DNA of 64,000 bases from Eledone cirrhosa (taxonomy: Eukaryota), in NCBI GenBank assembly GCA_964016885.1, contig OZ024742.1, positions 10,726,001 through 10,790,000 on the forward strand. Direction: 5' to 3'. Numbering within the stretch: position 1 is the stretch's first letter; every line of letters begins with the position of its first letter. The translations under genes were made by a program, and so were the position numbers. Shown here piece after piece: positions 13,584 to 25,680 of this stretch. The notes under the pieces were generated by a model. That model saw only the letters and a program-made list of their open reading frames with translations. It did not search any database and had not been told where the DNA came from.

Positions 13584-13586
<3 letters not shown>
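12986..13586 (-). mobile_element. Probable LINE (RTE-like) 5' UTR-derived fragment
   Basis: GC-richer island between TA arrays; the motif ctaggagaaggaaaactctga resembles RTE 5' UTRs as I recall them. Confidence 0.4.
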
Positions 13587-13639
<53 letters not shown>

Positions 13640-13671
13640 ACATATATACACATACACACATACACATATAT

Positions 13672-13720
<49 letters not shown>

Positions 13721-13721
13721 T

Positions 13722-13764
<43 letters not shown>

Positions 13765-13954
13765 CACATACAAACATATATATACACACACATACACACA
13801 CATATATACACACGTTACTCTCTCTAGCAGACAACACACCCACACATGTTACCAACCTCTCTATATTTACTTCTCTCTCTCTCTATATATATATACAGTA
13901 TATGTATGTGTGTAGCTGTGTGCATGCATGTGTGTAGCTGTGTGTTTGTGTGCA

Positions 13955-16900
13955 CGTAGCTGTTGGTGTGTATGTGTATGAGTGAAGCTGTTGGTGTGTA
14001 TGTGTATGAGTGAAGCTGTTGGTGTGTATGTATATATGTGAAGCTGTTGGTGTGTATATATATATGTGAAGCTGTTGGTGTGTATATATATATGTGAAGC
14101 TGTTGGTGTGTATATATATATGTGAAGCTGTTGGTGTGTATATATATATGTGAAGCTGTTGGTGTGTATGTATATGAGTGAAGCTGTTGGTGTGTATATA
14201 TATATGTGAAGCTGTTGGTGTGTATATATATATGTGAAACTGTTGGTGTGTATGTATATATGTGAAGCTGTTGGTGTGTATGTATATGAGTGAAGCTGTT
14301 GGTGTGTATGTGTATGAGTGAAGCTGTTGGTGTGTATGTATATATGTGAAGCTGTTGGTGTGTATATATATATGTGAAGCTGTTGGTGTGTATATATATA
14401 TGTGAAGCTGTTGGTGTGTATGTATATGAGTGAAGCTGTTGGTGTCATCATCATCATCATCATCAGGTTTAGCGTCCGTGTTCCACGCTTGCATGGGTTT
14501 GGACGGGGGTTTTCCCACTTGAGGCAAGAGTGGTTGTCTTGCTCGCATAGGACTGTCTGGCGGGTTTTCTACAGTTGGATGCCCTTCCTAACACCAACCA
14601 CATTTACAGTGTGGGGCTGGGAGGTTTTTACCGTGTTGCCTACACGGCCACATTACAGCGTGGACTGTCTGGCGGGTTTTCTACAGTTGGATGCCCTTCC
14701 TAACACCAACCACATTTACGGTGTGGGACTGGGACGTTTTTACCGTGTTGCCTACACGGCCACATTTACAGCGTGGACTGTGTGTTTTTTGTCGTGACAC
14801 CTACACGATCTCATTTGTTTCGGCCTGGATGTTGTGGGACCAACATAACTTTACATTGAAAGGGGCGGTGTGGGTGGGGTGGAGGTGGTGGGACGGGGGT
14901 GTGTTTTGATAGAGATGCCTACTGACTGTAGTAGGTTTTTACTTTGTATTTAGGTAAGGCGGGTCTTCTCTATTACTGAGTACCGCCAAAGGTCTCGGTC
15001 CAGTGACATTGTCTTGGAGAGGTGTAAGCGTGTGAGGTCGGAATTTATCAGCTCGTCCCAGGTTTTTCTGGGTCTGCCTACTCCGTGGCTACCGTCTATC
15101 TTTATTGCCCTGCACTTTGTTATACAGCTGTCGTCTTTCATGCGCATCACGTGACCGTACCAACGTAGCCTTCTCTCGAGTAAACAACATCTGATCCCTC
15201 TTATTTCTAATTTTTTCCTTAGTTCGTTTATGCTTTGCCGTTCACGTATATTACTATTGCACATCCAGCGGAGCATGCAAGCTTCGTTCCTCTCTAGTCT
15301 GCGTATATCCTCTGCACACAATGCCCAGGTCTCACTGCCATGCAGCATTGCTGTTCGTATGCAGGCATCGTATAACCTGCCTTTCATTTTTAGGGAGAAC
15401 CCTCTAGCGGCTAATAGTGGTATAAGCTCTCTGAACTTTTTCCATCCAGTTCTGACTCTAGCTACTGTACTTTCAGAGCACCCTCCCCCACTGCTGATTT
15501 TGTCACCCAGATAACGGAAGCTGTCCACTATTTCTATAGAACCCTCTGCGCAGTTGAAGGAGCTAGTATTTTGTGGGCACTTGCTGCTACTTATTGCACC
15601 AGAGCACCGGCCACATGTAAAATCTATGTTCTTAGTTAGCTTACCTGTGATCCCACTACATCTTTTATGCACCCATACTTTGCATTTGGGACATAAAATG
15701 GAGTTTCTACCTACGCCTTTCCTACACACTGAGCATGGCCATTTCCCAGATGGGACCGCCGCCTTATTTTCTTTCCTACAAACTAGTACTTTAGTCTTAG
15801 CCAGGTTAATTTTAAGGCCTTTTGATTCTAGGCCGTGCTTCCATGTTTGGAATTTCTTCTCTAGTTCGGTCATTGATTCAGCTATGAGTGTTAGATCATC
15901 TGCGTGTAGGAGTTCCCATGGGCAGCCGGTCTTGAACTCCTCTGTTATAGCCTGAAGTGCAATAATAAATAGTAGGGGGCTAAGAACAGAGCCCTGATGG
16001 ACACCAACTTTTACGCTAAACTCTTCACTATATTCGTTGTTAATTCTAACCTTACTGACTGTTTCTTTATACATGGCTTGTATAGCTCTCACAAGCCATT
16101 CGTCAACACCTAGTTTTCTAAGAGACCACCAGATAATGGAACGGGGGACTCTGTCGAAGGCTTTCTCCAAGTCGACGAAAGCTAAGTATAGGGGTTTACT
16201 TTTAGCTAGGTACTTCTCCTGTAGTTGTCGTACAATGAAAAGAGCGTCTGTGGTACTTTTGCCTGACACAAACCCGAACTGCATTTCATCTAGATCAATT
16301 CTCTCTCTGATTAGTTGCGCTATTACTTTTTCCGTGACCTTCATGACCTGGTCGATTAATTTAATGCCTCTATAGTTACTCCTATCTAGGGCATCTCCTT
16401 TTCCCTTATAGCAGTTAACGATGATGCTGCTACTCCATTCCTTCGGAACAACCCCATTCTGTACGACTTGGTTAACTATCCGGGTGACCATGGTGTGTCC
16501 CACCGAACCAGATGCCTTCAGCATCTCAGCAACTATTTCCGAAGGCCCAGCCGCCTTACCCGTCTTCATATCTTTGATTGCCTTACTTATTATACTACCT
16601 TCAACTAACACTGCTGGTCCCTCTATTGGATCGATCTGGGGGAGACTGTCTTTCTCCCATTTGTTCTCCTCATTTAGAAGCCTTTCGTAGTGACACTTCC
16701 AAGCTACCTTCTTATCAGCGTCGGTGATGGCAAGTATGCCATCATCGTTAAGTACACACTTCTCCCCGACAATATCACGGTTTTCCTTGACACATTGCCT
16801 GGCAATCCTGAACACCTCACGTTTTTGGTCCTCACGTTGTAGAACATGCTTGAACTTTCTTTCCTCTGCTTCCCTTCTTGCGAAGTACACTTGTCTCCTA

Positions 16901-17735
16901 GCTTCCCTCCTGGCCACTTGATAGTCTTCTCTACTTCCCCCAGAAGCTGTTGGTGTGTATGTATATATGTGAAGCTGTTGGTGTGTATGTATATATATGA
17001 AGCTGTTGGTGTGTATGTATATATATGAAGCTGTTGGTGTGTATGTATATATGTGAAGCTGTTGGTGTGTATATATATATGTGAAGCTGTTGGTGTGTAT
17101 GTATATATATGAAGCTGTTGGTGTGTATGTATATATGTGAAGCTGTTGGTGTGTATATATATATGTGAAGCTGTTGGTGTGTATATATATATGTGAAGCT
17201 GTTGGTGTGTATGTATATATATGAAGCTGTTGGTGTGTATGTATATATGTGAATATGTTGGTGTGTATGTATATATGTTTGAAGCTGTTGGTGTGTATAT
17301 ATATATGTGAAGCTGTTGATGTGTATGTATATATGTGAAGCTGTTGGTGTGTATGTATATATGTTTGAAGCTGTTGGTGTGTATGTATATATGTGAAGCT
17401 GTTGGTGTGTATATATATATGTGAAGCTGTTGGTGTGTATATATATATATATGTGAAACTGTTGGTGTGTATGTATATATGTGAAGCTGTTGGTGTGTAT
17501 GTATATATGTGAAGCTGTTGGTGTGTATATATATATGTGAAGCTGTTGGTGTGTATGTGTATGAGTGAAGCTGTTGGTGTGTATGTATATGAGTGAAGCT
17601 GTTGGTGTGTATATATATATGTGAAGCTGTTGGTGTGTATATATATATGAAGCTGTTGGTGTGTATGTATATATGTGAAGCTGCTGGTGTGTATGTTTAT
17701 ATGTGAAGCTGTTGGTGTGTATGTGTATGTGTGAA
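13955..17735. repeat. ~26-30 bp minisatellite (gaagctgttggtgtgtat..atgt)n, split by an RTE insertion
   Basis: The same unit lies on both sides (13955-14445 and 16943-17735). Confidence 0.93.
14446..16942 (-). mobile_element. RTE-clade LINE subfamily A, 5'-truncated, open frame, LHADD instead of YADD
   Basis: RTE part of ORF 14950-17763; ~113-bp tandem duplication in the 3' UTR; (GAT)n tail. Confidence 0.94.
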
Positions 17736-18271
17736 GGTGGGTTGAAAATGCAGCAGAAGACATAGAAATAGAGATTCATCCCCTCCCCAGGGGTTTGTTG
17801 ATGGAGATGAATAATATACAAATGTTATGTTCTATGTGTTAGACCTGTCCTGCAATCACTGGAACACACTACACACACACATATATAGTTCGGATCTAGC
17901 TGTCGAAATGCCCGGAGCTCAGCCGTCGGGGCGCAGACTCTTTTCATATATATATTATCATGATTATTACGTCTGCTTTTCCATGCTTGCATATATATAT
18001 ATATACATACATACATATAAATATATAATGAATTTCATATAAGTACAATCTATTTCCTAGTATGCCAAGACACATTTACAGATTTATAGCTTCAACACAA
18101 ATAAAATTTCATCTTCATGTTTGTTCCATTGTATATAATATAGTGCATTTCAATTTCAAGGATTGGCCTCTAGCCATCATAATCTACAGTTTTTAACTAT
18201 TAGATTTACTTCCTTGTACTTTACTCACACTTTTCCTCATCTTGCTAACTTTTCTCTGAGCAACATCTTGG

Positions 18272-18309
<38 letters not shown>

Positions 18310-18313
<4 letters not shown>

Positions 18314-18520
18314 CATAAGAAATGGAGAATCAGTGGAGCGACGACTTAGAATTTATTAGACATATTACAATCGTTTCTCTGGCAACCAGCTCGAGGTTGG
18401 ATCGATGCGAGGATTGAACCTGACTCTGAAATCGCAAGTTCTTCAGATACGTCTTTATCCCTCGAAGCAGAATTTCTAAATGGCCTACCACATACGGACG
18501 CTTTTAAGCATCCCATCCCA
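18310..18520 (-). ncRNA. PLE-terminus mini-element with type I hammerhead (core 18359-18453)
   Basis: Minus strand: GACGTAT-CTGAAGA..GAAAC gatt GTA-ATATGTC; 7-bp stem I, long stem II region. Confidence 0.7.
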
Positions 18521-18532
18521 AATATATATATA

Positions 18533-19107
18533 TAATAATAATAATAATGAAATTATTGTGTACAGTGCTCAGGTGCACTACAACTCGTCAAAGGTGCATG
18601 GATAGTACATAGAATAATACACAAATGTCAGGGAAGTGAATAGTGTATGAGTCATGATATACATGTGTGCATGTGTATGGAGGGGGAACATTAGGTGTAG
18701 TATTGGCGAATCTCGAGAAGCATGGAGGCCTTAAAGGATGCAGTGTCTCGGCAGCTAACAACCGATGCAGGGAGTTTGTTCCATGCTTCAGCAACTCTGA
18801 GCGTGAAAAAATGTTTCCGAAAATCATGGGAACTGTGCTGCTTTCTGACTTTGTGGGCATGCCCACGTGTGTTAGACACATGGAAATCAAAAAGGTACTC
18901 AGGGTTGTTGTTGGCAAGATGGTTAACAATTTTGTGGGTGTTTACCAAGTCAGTTGCCAGACGTCGGAACTTCAATGTATCCATGCCCAGGGAAGCAAGG
19001 CGCTCAGAGTATGGTAGGTGTCTGATGGAGAGTATTCGCTTGGTTGCACGTCTCTGAACAGTTTCCAGGCGGTCAATGTTCTGAGCAAGATAGGGGTTCC
19101 AGACTTC
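18533..19107 (-). mobile_element. CR1-like LINE 3' fragment
   Basis: WNPY..LETVQRRATK, then TRGHAHK..RKHFFTLRVAEAWNKLP; 3' stem-loop gtgcacctgagcac and (ATT)n tail. The same end recurs at ~61078-61120. Confidence 0.88.
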
Positions 19108-19126
19108 ATTATATATATATATATAT

Positions 19127-19316
19127 AATGAAGAAAGTGTGGTAAGGAACCAGGTGGACCATAATGCACCAGAGTACTCGATACTGGGTAGTAGAGTGGG
19201 TCATAGCAAAAGAATCAGGACCCCAACAGCTGAGTTCTGGCAGTTTCGACCGCTAGGTCTGAACACCCTAGCTATCGAAATGGCCAGAGCTCAGCTGTTG
19301 GGGTCCTGACTCTTTT

Positions 19317-19320
<4 letters not shown>
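19127..19320. mobile_element. Fold-back mini-element (PLE 3'-end-like)
   Basis: Inverted repeat 19208-19316 containing GAAA-TGGCCA; relatives at 17888-17946, 19360-19447, 20537-20697, 39157-39262 and 59443-59577. Confidence 0.6.
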
Positions 19321-19362
<42 letters not shown>

Positions 19363-19783
19363 GGAACGAGTAGGACTACTACCCTAAGTATTGAGTACTT
19401 TGGTGCGTTATGGTCCATCTGGTTCCGTACCGCATTTCCTTCGTTATATATATATGTATATATGTGTGTGTGTGTGTGTGTAGTGTGTGTTCCAGTGATT
19501 GAAGGATATGACCAACACATAGAACATAACATTTGTATATTATCATCTCCATCAACAAACCCCTGGGGTGGAGATGGATGTTCTCTCAAATCTTCTCTAT
19601 TTCTCTTGTTTCTGCTGCATTTTCAACCCTGATCGCTTCACCTGCTATGTATTGAGTACCTTACTTACTGTGGTTACCCCCAATTGAACCTGGTATATGT
19701 ATATGTATGTGTGTATGTGTGTATGTATGTATGTATGTATGTATGTATGTATGTATGTATGTATGTATGTATGTGTGTATGTA

Positions 19784-20321
19784 TGTTCTTCTAGTTTTAT
19801 ACTTCTATAATCTTTTACCAGTAGAGAGAGAGTCGGTTTCTAACATAGACACAAGACTCTCTCATTGGAATTTACACAACATCAACTAGGTAGATATGTC
19901 TGCATGTGTAGATATGGATGTTATTGTATGTGTGTATGTTTTGAGTTACATGTGTGCATGTGTATATGCTTTGTATATGTACATGTGTATATGCAGTTAT
20001 TAGATGCAGGATTTTTGGAATGTTTTACATATTTTTACTGTTCCATTAATGGATTGTACTTGTAATTTCCTAACTAGTTGTGTTCTTTCTGTTCCTGTGA
20101 AGCCTAGCTTCTCGAGATTTGTATTGAGGCAGTTACTAACATATCCCAGTGCCCCAATAATCACAGGCATAAATCTGAAGGTGTAATCAGGGTGGAGTAT
20201 CTGCAGATTTCTCATCAGTTCTGCATAAATATTCTCCTTTTCACTAATCTTTGATATTATATTGGCATCTGCTAGGCAGCTAACTTCCACTACTGTGCAT
20301 GCCTTCTTTTCCCTGTCCCAT
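19784..20321 (-). mobile_element. R4/Dong-like non-LTR element 3' fragment (restriction-like endonuclease C-terminus)
   Basis: WDR..VVEVSCLADANIISKISEKENIYAEL..PVIIGALG pattern; embedded in (CATA)n. Confidence 0.75.
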
Positions 20322-21459
20322 GTATATGTATGTATGCATATGTATATATATTTATGTATGTATGTATGTATGATATATCTATAATATATATGTATTGTGT
20401 ATCAGGGGTTATTGATTAAATAAACTTAATATTATTTCCATAAAATAATCAATAGATTATTTTCTGTTGTTTAATTTTGAAATATTGTTTTGGTACTTGA
20501 TTTGGACAATATAATATAACTAGTTAATTATATATATAGTAGAGAGTCAGGGCCCAACGGCTGAGCTCTTGCTGTGTCAATGACAAATTTGAGTTCTGAC
20601 TCTCTACTTTATTTACACTCTACTATACCAAGTATTGAGTACTACACTGCTGAATAATGGTCTTACTAGCTTAAAACTTGTATAATCCTGATCTCTACAT
20701 ATATATATATGTGTGTGAGAGTGAGTGAATCTCTCTCTCTCTCCCTCCCTCTCTCTCTCTCTATATATATATATATATTGTGTGTGTGTGTATATGAGAG
20801 AGGGAGTATATATATATACATTTGTAAGTATTTTAAGGCCATCATATTTGCTGTTAAAACAGGAATTAACCTTGCAAGCCCCATGACATGGTTCTATACA
20901 TTCCCTATCACCAAACCCACTAATAATCACATAGTTTTGGTTATATCAACAATAAACACACCTAGTACATGCTGTATAGTGGTTGGTGATAGGAAGAGCA
21001 CCCAACTGTAGAAAACTTGTCAAACAAAGGGTTGGGATGACCCTTCGATTGTGTCAAAAGACACAACAACTTTCCGCTGCGTTCAATAGAATGTAGGACC
21101 ATACATAAGCAAGATGCAAACCTTTCAACCTGACTGCAAGATCAGTAGCCCTGCTTCAGTACAGACTTAGTCTGTGTAAGCCCATTCAACCTTTGCTAGC
21201 TGGGAAATAGCACATTAAACAGTGATGATGATACTGGTATAGTGGTGAGTTTAACCAATATATCTATATTCAGCTGTATCTGTACAGACCTTAATCAGTG
21301 ATTGATAAGATAATCTCAACAGAATCACGTGGGGTCATATGGTGAAATGTTAAGATGGAAGCATAAATACCTTATGTACAACCAAACATTTATTTGTGTC
21401 AATCATAATTAGGAGAAGATCAACACTGTCAAATAATTGAAATTAGAACTTGTGTAAAG

Positions 21460-21735
21460 TGTGATGGTGGAGATGGTGGTGCCAGTGATGGTGGTGATGG
21501 TGGTGGTGGTTGTTGTTGTGGTGGTGCCAGTGGTGGTGGTTGTTGTGTTGGTGGTAGTGATGGTGGTGATGGTGATGATGGTGCCAGTGGTGGTGGTGAC
21601 GGTGGTGCCAGTGGTGGTGATTGTGATGGTGGTGTTGGTGGTGTTGGTGGTGATGGTCGTGATGGTAGTGGTGGTTGTTGCGGTGGTAGTGATGGTGATG
21701 GTGCCAGTGGTGGTGTTGGTTGTTGTTGTTGTTTG
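21460..21735. repeat. Degenerate (GGT)n repeat
   Basis: Directly visible. Confidence 0.85.
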
Positions 21736-22269
21736 CAACCCTTTCCATTCTGAGTTAAACATCCCACGAAGGTAATCCAAGCCTTCAATCCTTTTATCAG
21801 TCAATAAAATAAAATTATAAATATTGAGTCCTGTGTATATATTAGAAATAATTGCCTTTTTTGTATTCTTTTTATTAACTTTTCTCTATGAAAACTAATC
21901 AAAAGAACTTGATAAGCTCCCAATATCCTGTATCACATGAAACCACATTAGCAAACTATTTTCGAAAAGTAAAATAAAACCCAGCATTATGGCTGTGTCA
22001 CATTAAAAATAAAGTCTTTGGTTTATTACAAATTTTCATAGTTATCTGTTCATTAGTAAAGATAATATAAACATATGAATTAACACACCACATGAAACCA
22101 CATTAGCAATGTAATCTTGAAAATTTTTCAATAACATGACTGCAGTGCATTTAAAAGTAAAGTCTTTGGTATACTACAGATTTTCACAACAATCCATCAA
22201 CTAGTAATGATGCTATAAACATTAAATTAACAAATATTTTCTGCTAAACCTTTACTGGACATTATTTTT

Positions 22270-22462
22270 TAGGGCGATGAATTGGTAGGATTGGTGGAGG
22301 ATTGGACGCCATGCTTTCCAGCAGTTACGTCCCTTTACGGTCTGAGTTCAAATCCTGTCGAGGTTAACTTTGCTTTTCATCCTTACGGGAGTCAATAAAA
22401 TAAAGTACCAGTAATGTACTGGGTAATTGCTGACCTTGTGCCAAATGTAGAAACAATTATTT
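22270..22462 (+). mobile_element. tRNA-derived SINE family 1
   Basis: gagttcaaatcc B box, Meta-like core and tagaaacaatt end. Confidence 0.78.
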
Positions 22463-23004
22463 TGTTATCAGCTTGCCTGAAACCGCCCTGGTTTTATGAT
22501 ACAGAGCTGTTTGTGTGAGTGATAAGAAACTCTCCTGAGAGCTTGACAGCAGAAGGTCTTCAGAAATAAAACCCCACTCAAGAAAGTGTTTTGGCCCTTA
22601 ACTTCTTACACTCTAAGTGGGCCAGGTAGCATCCTGGTCATGGCTCCAGGGTACCCTTCTGCTGACATTTAGCCATTTAGAAATCAGGGATTTGCTGTGT
22701 ATATAAACCATTGGAGATTTTGTTGACAGGATCTAGCTGGAACTCCTCTCCAATGCCTCTGCTTTTAAACTTATATTTAAATGCTTTCTTAAGTTGGGTA
22801 AAATAATGTTGGTAGTCTTGGTAGCAGTGAGATGTCAACAGTGTTGCTACTGCTACCAACACTTTCATTATAATTCTATTTAAGAAATTTTTAAGTTATG
22901 TTTTAAACAGCAGTTTACTAATGAAATATTTTGTTAATTAATACACACAAAAAGTATTTCGTTTTAAATATGGTGATAAGACTTAGAATTAATATTATGT
23001 TTGT

Positions 23005-23372
23005 GTGAACTATTTTGCTGTATGGCTTTGAAACATGGGCAGTGGCTGCTGAGGATGTGTGAAAACTGGAGAGAAATGAAGCAAGCATGCTTTGATGAGT
23101 GTGTAATGTTAATGTAAGACGACAGAGCTGGGATGAACTGAGAGAAAAACTGAGTATAAGAGGAATCAGAAGTAGTGTGCAGGAGAGAAGACTGCACTGG
23201 TATGGACATGTGATGTGCTTGGATGGTGATTGCTGGGTGAAGATGTTTCAAGAAACCCCAGTGGAAAGAAGCCACAGTAGAAGGCCAGGTTAGACATGGG
23301 CAGAGGTGGTGAGAGCTGATCTCAAATTACTAAAATTCACAGTGATGATGATGAAGGATCGTGATCCTGGAC
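23005..23372 (+). mobile_element. Old RTE fragment
   Basis: LREKLSIRGIRSSVQERRLHWYGHVM; contains stops. Confidence 0.75.
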
Positions 23373-23785
23373 TGGGTTTTGTGTTGTGTTCTTGAGTAAA
23401 AACACTTCATTTCACATTGCTACAGTTTACTCAGCTGAAAACCAGAACCAACAATAGCCAGGGGCTTATCCTGTAATGAACTTGTCATGTCCAGGGTAAG
23501 TGTTGTCCTCTCAGTCACGGCATGGGAGCCAGGATAGGCACCAGCCTGATGAGCCAGATGGTAAACTTTAGAATTTTTTTTAGATTTCATCACTTTTTCC
23601 TTTCCCAAAAACTTGCTGGCCTTGACCTTAAATTATAAATCAATATAGATATATATGCATACGTGTGTGTATCTGTGTATATGTATATATGTGTGTATAT
23701 GTGTGTGTGTATCTCTGTGTATGTATATATGTGTGTGTATGTTTGTGTGTGTCTAATGTTAATTTGTGCTATTTCTTTCTTTCAG

Positions 23786-23882
23786 ATATCAGGGAGTACC
23801 CGAGTGATCACAGCCCACAACTTCATTATTTCCGTTATATGACCATAGATAAGAAGTCTCATAGTTTATTTGTTGGGGCAAT
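23786..23882 (+). CDS. Sema2a: Semaphorin (Sema-2-like) internal coding exon, start of Sema domain
   Basis: Polypyrimidine tract plus TTTCAG acceptor ending at 23785, GTAAGT donor at 23883. The 97-nt exon reads (D)IREYPSDHSPQLHYFRYMTIDKKSHSLFVGA(M), matching the Sema N-terminal pattern as I recall it from insect Sema-2a (YYRTFHMNEDRDTLYVGAM). Class assignment is tentative. Confidence 0.8.
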
Positions 23883-23889
23883 GTAAGTA

Positions 23890-23929
<40 letters not shown>

Positions 23930-23943
23930 CATTATTATTATTA

Positions 23944-24292
23944 TGAGTTCAAATCCCGCCGAGGTTGACTTTGCCTTTCATCCTTACGGGGTCGATAAAA
24001 TAAAGTACAGTAATGCACTGGGTAATTGCTGGCCTTGTGCCTAAAGTAGAAACAATTATCATTATTATTATTATTATTATTATTATCATTATTATTAGGG
24101 TGGGGAGATTGGCAGAATCGGTAGAGCATCGAACAACATGCTTTGCAGCATAGGGTTATGACCCTTTATGTTCTGAGTTCAAATCCCGCCGAGTTTAACT
24201 TTGCCTTTCATCCTTACGTAGTTGATAAAATAAAGTACCAGTAATACACTTCCCCCAAAATTGTTGGCTTCGTGCCTAAATCAGAAACCATT
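23944..24292 (+). mobile_element. Two SINE family 1 copies in (ATT)n
   Basis: Truncated copy 23944-24058; fuller copy 24097-24292 with tggcagaatcgg A box. Confidence 0.8.
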
Positions 24293-25462
24293 ATTTCATG
24301 TTTTTTCTCCTTCTCCGCCGCCTCCTTTAAAGAAGACACTCTGAATAATCTGGTCCAAACAACTCTGTACATGAGAAACATTGAATGGTCACAGTTAAAA
24401 TAGCTTTTCTCATAGATCTGCTCTATCAAGGAAGATCTGGGGCTAAACAACATGTTATCACAATCAGACAATAAACAAACAAAAACAAAGAAGACAACAG
24501 CAATTCCTGTGGAAGAAAATGACAATGTTAATTAAGGAAGAAATGGCTTTTATATGACTTCTTTTCAATTTGTTCATTACTGTTGTTTTCATTTACTCTC
24601 AGGTCTCAAATAATCATCATCTTCCGCCACTTATTAATTTTCAGATTTTTTCACCCTCCCCCCACCCATACACACTCTTATTCCAAGCCCCACTTATTAA
24701 ATTTTGCTAATCTAGCTCCCGTGAAATTTTTCTTTATAAATTATAAAACATTATACATGATATCACTAGAAATACGATTGTGAATACAAGCTGTCAAAAT
24801 GGGATTCCTGTAAAGGGTCTTTGGAGTAATGTTATTCAATAGAGTGTGTCTCTCAGAGATCAGAGCTGCGGATACTATGGGTATGTGGTTAGAATGACTC
24901 TGAAAGGAATTGTGGATAGATTTTACAGGCCAAACCAACTGTCCGGAGACTCAGGGGTAGACCTCGAGCAGATAGTTGGATATCATCCATGAGCTTGGCT
25001 GGTCTCACTTGGATCCAACCAGATCAGTTGGAGATGGTTGCTGACAGGACCTGCTGGAAGATGCGTAGTTTGAGGACTCTGCCCCACGACCCTCTCAGAA
25101 ATAAGTGGGCAAAGAGAAGGGTTGGGGACTCAATATGTAAAATAAATGACTAATTCTGGTTTTTAAAAAGATCCAGAGACAACCTAGAAAAATTACTGAT
25201 TTTCCACGCACCCCTGTTTATTCCCACCTCTTATTCAACTCGCACCCCTGCTTATTCAACCCCCTATTATTTGGGACCCTAAAGTATGCCTGACAGTCAA
25301 TCAGCTCCACCCATAGTGCTTCAACCTATGTATATTCATATGTTCAAAGTCGACATTCCATCACTATAGGCCACAAGTCTAACACTTTAGCTATTGATGC
25401 ATGATGCATCTCTCTCTAGCCTTAAGAAATTATCCACTTGATGCAAGTGTATATACTTAAGT

Positions 25463-25680
25463 AGTCTCTCATGTAAGTACTCCATCTCTCTCTCTTTCTC
25501 TCTCTCATGTAAGTACTCCATCTCTCTCTCTTGCTCTCTTTCTCTCTCTCTCTCATGTAAGTACTCCATCTCTCTCTCTCGCTCTCTTTCTCTCTCTCTC
25601 TCATGTAAGTACTCCATCTCTCTCTCTTTCTCTCTCTCATGTAAGTACCCATCTCTCTCTCTCTCTCGTGTAAGTGCTCT
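25463..25680. repeat. Minisatellite tctcatgtaagtactcca(tc)n
   Basis: About 5-6 units. Confidence 0.8.

Noticed and set aside
14950-17763. 937-aa ORF as a novel repeat-RT fusion protein
   Set aside because: The N-terminal part is read-through of a stop-free minisatellite into a truncated RTE inserted in that array. It has no endonuclease, and YADD is changed to HADD.
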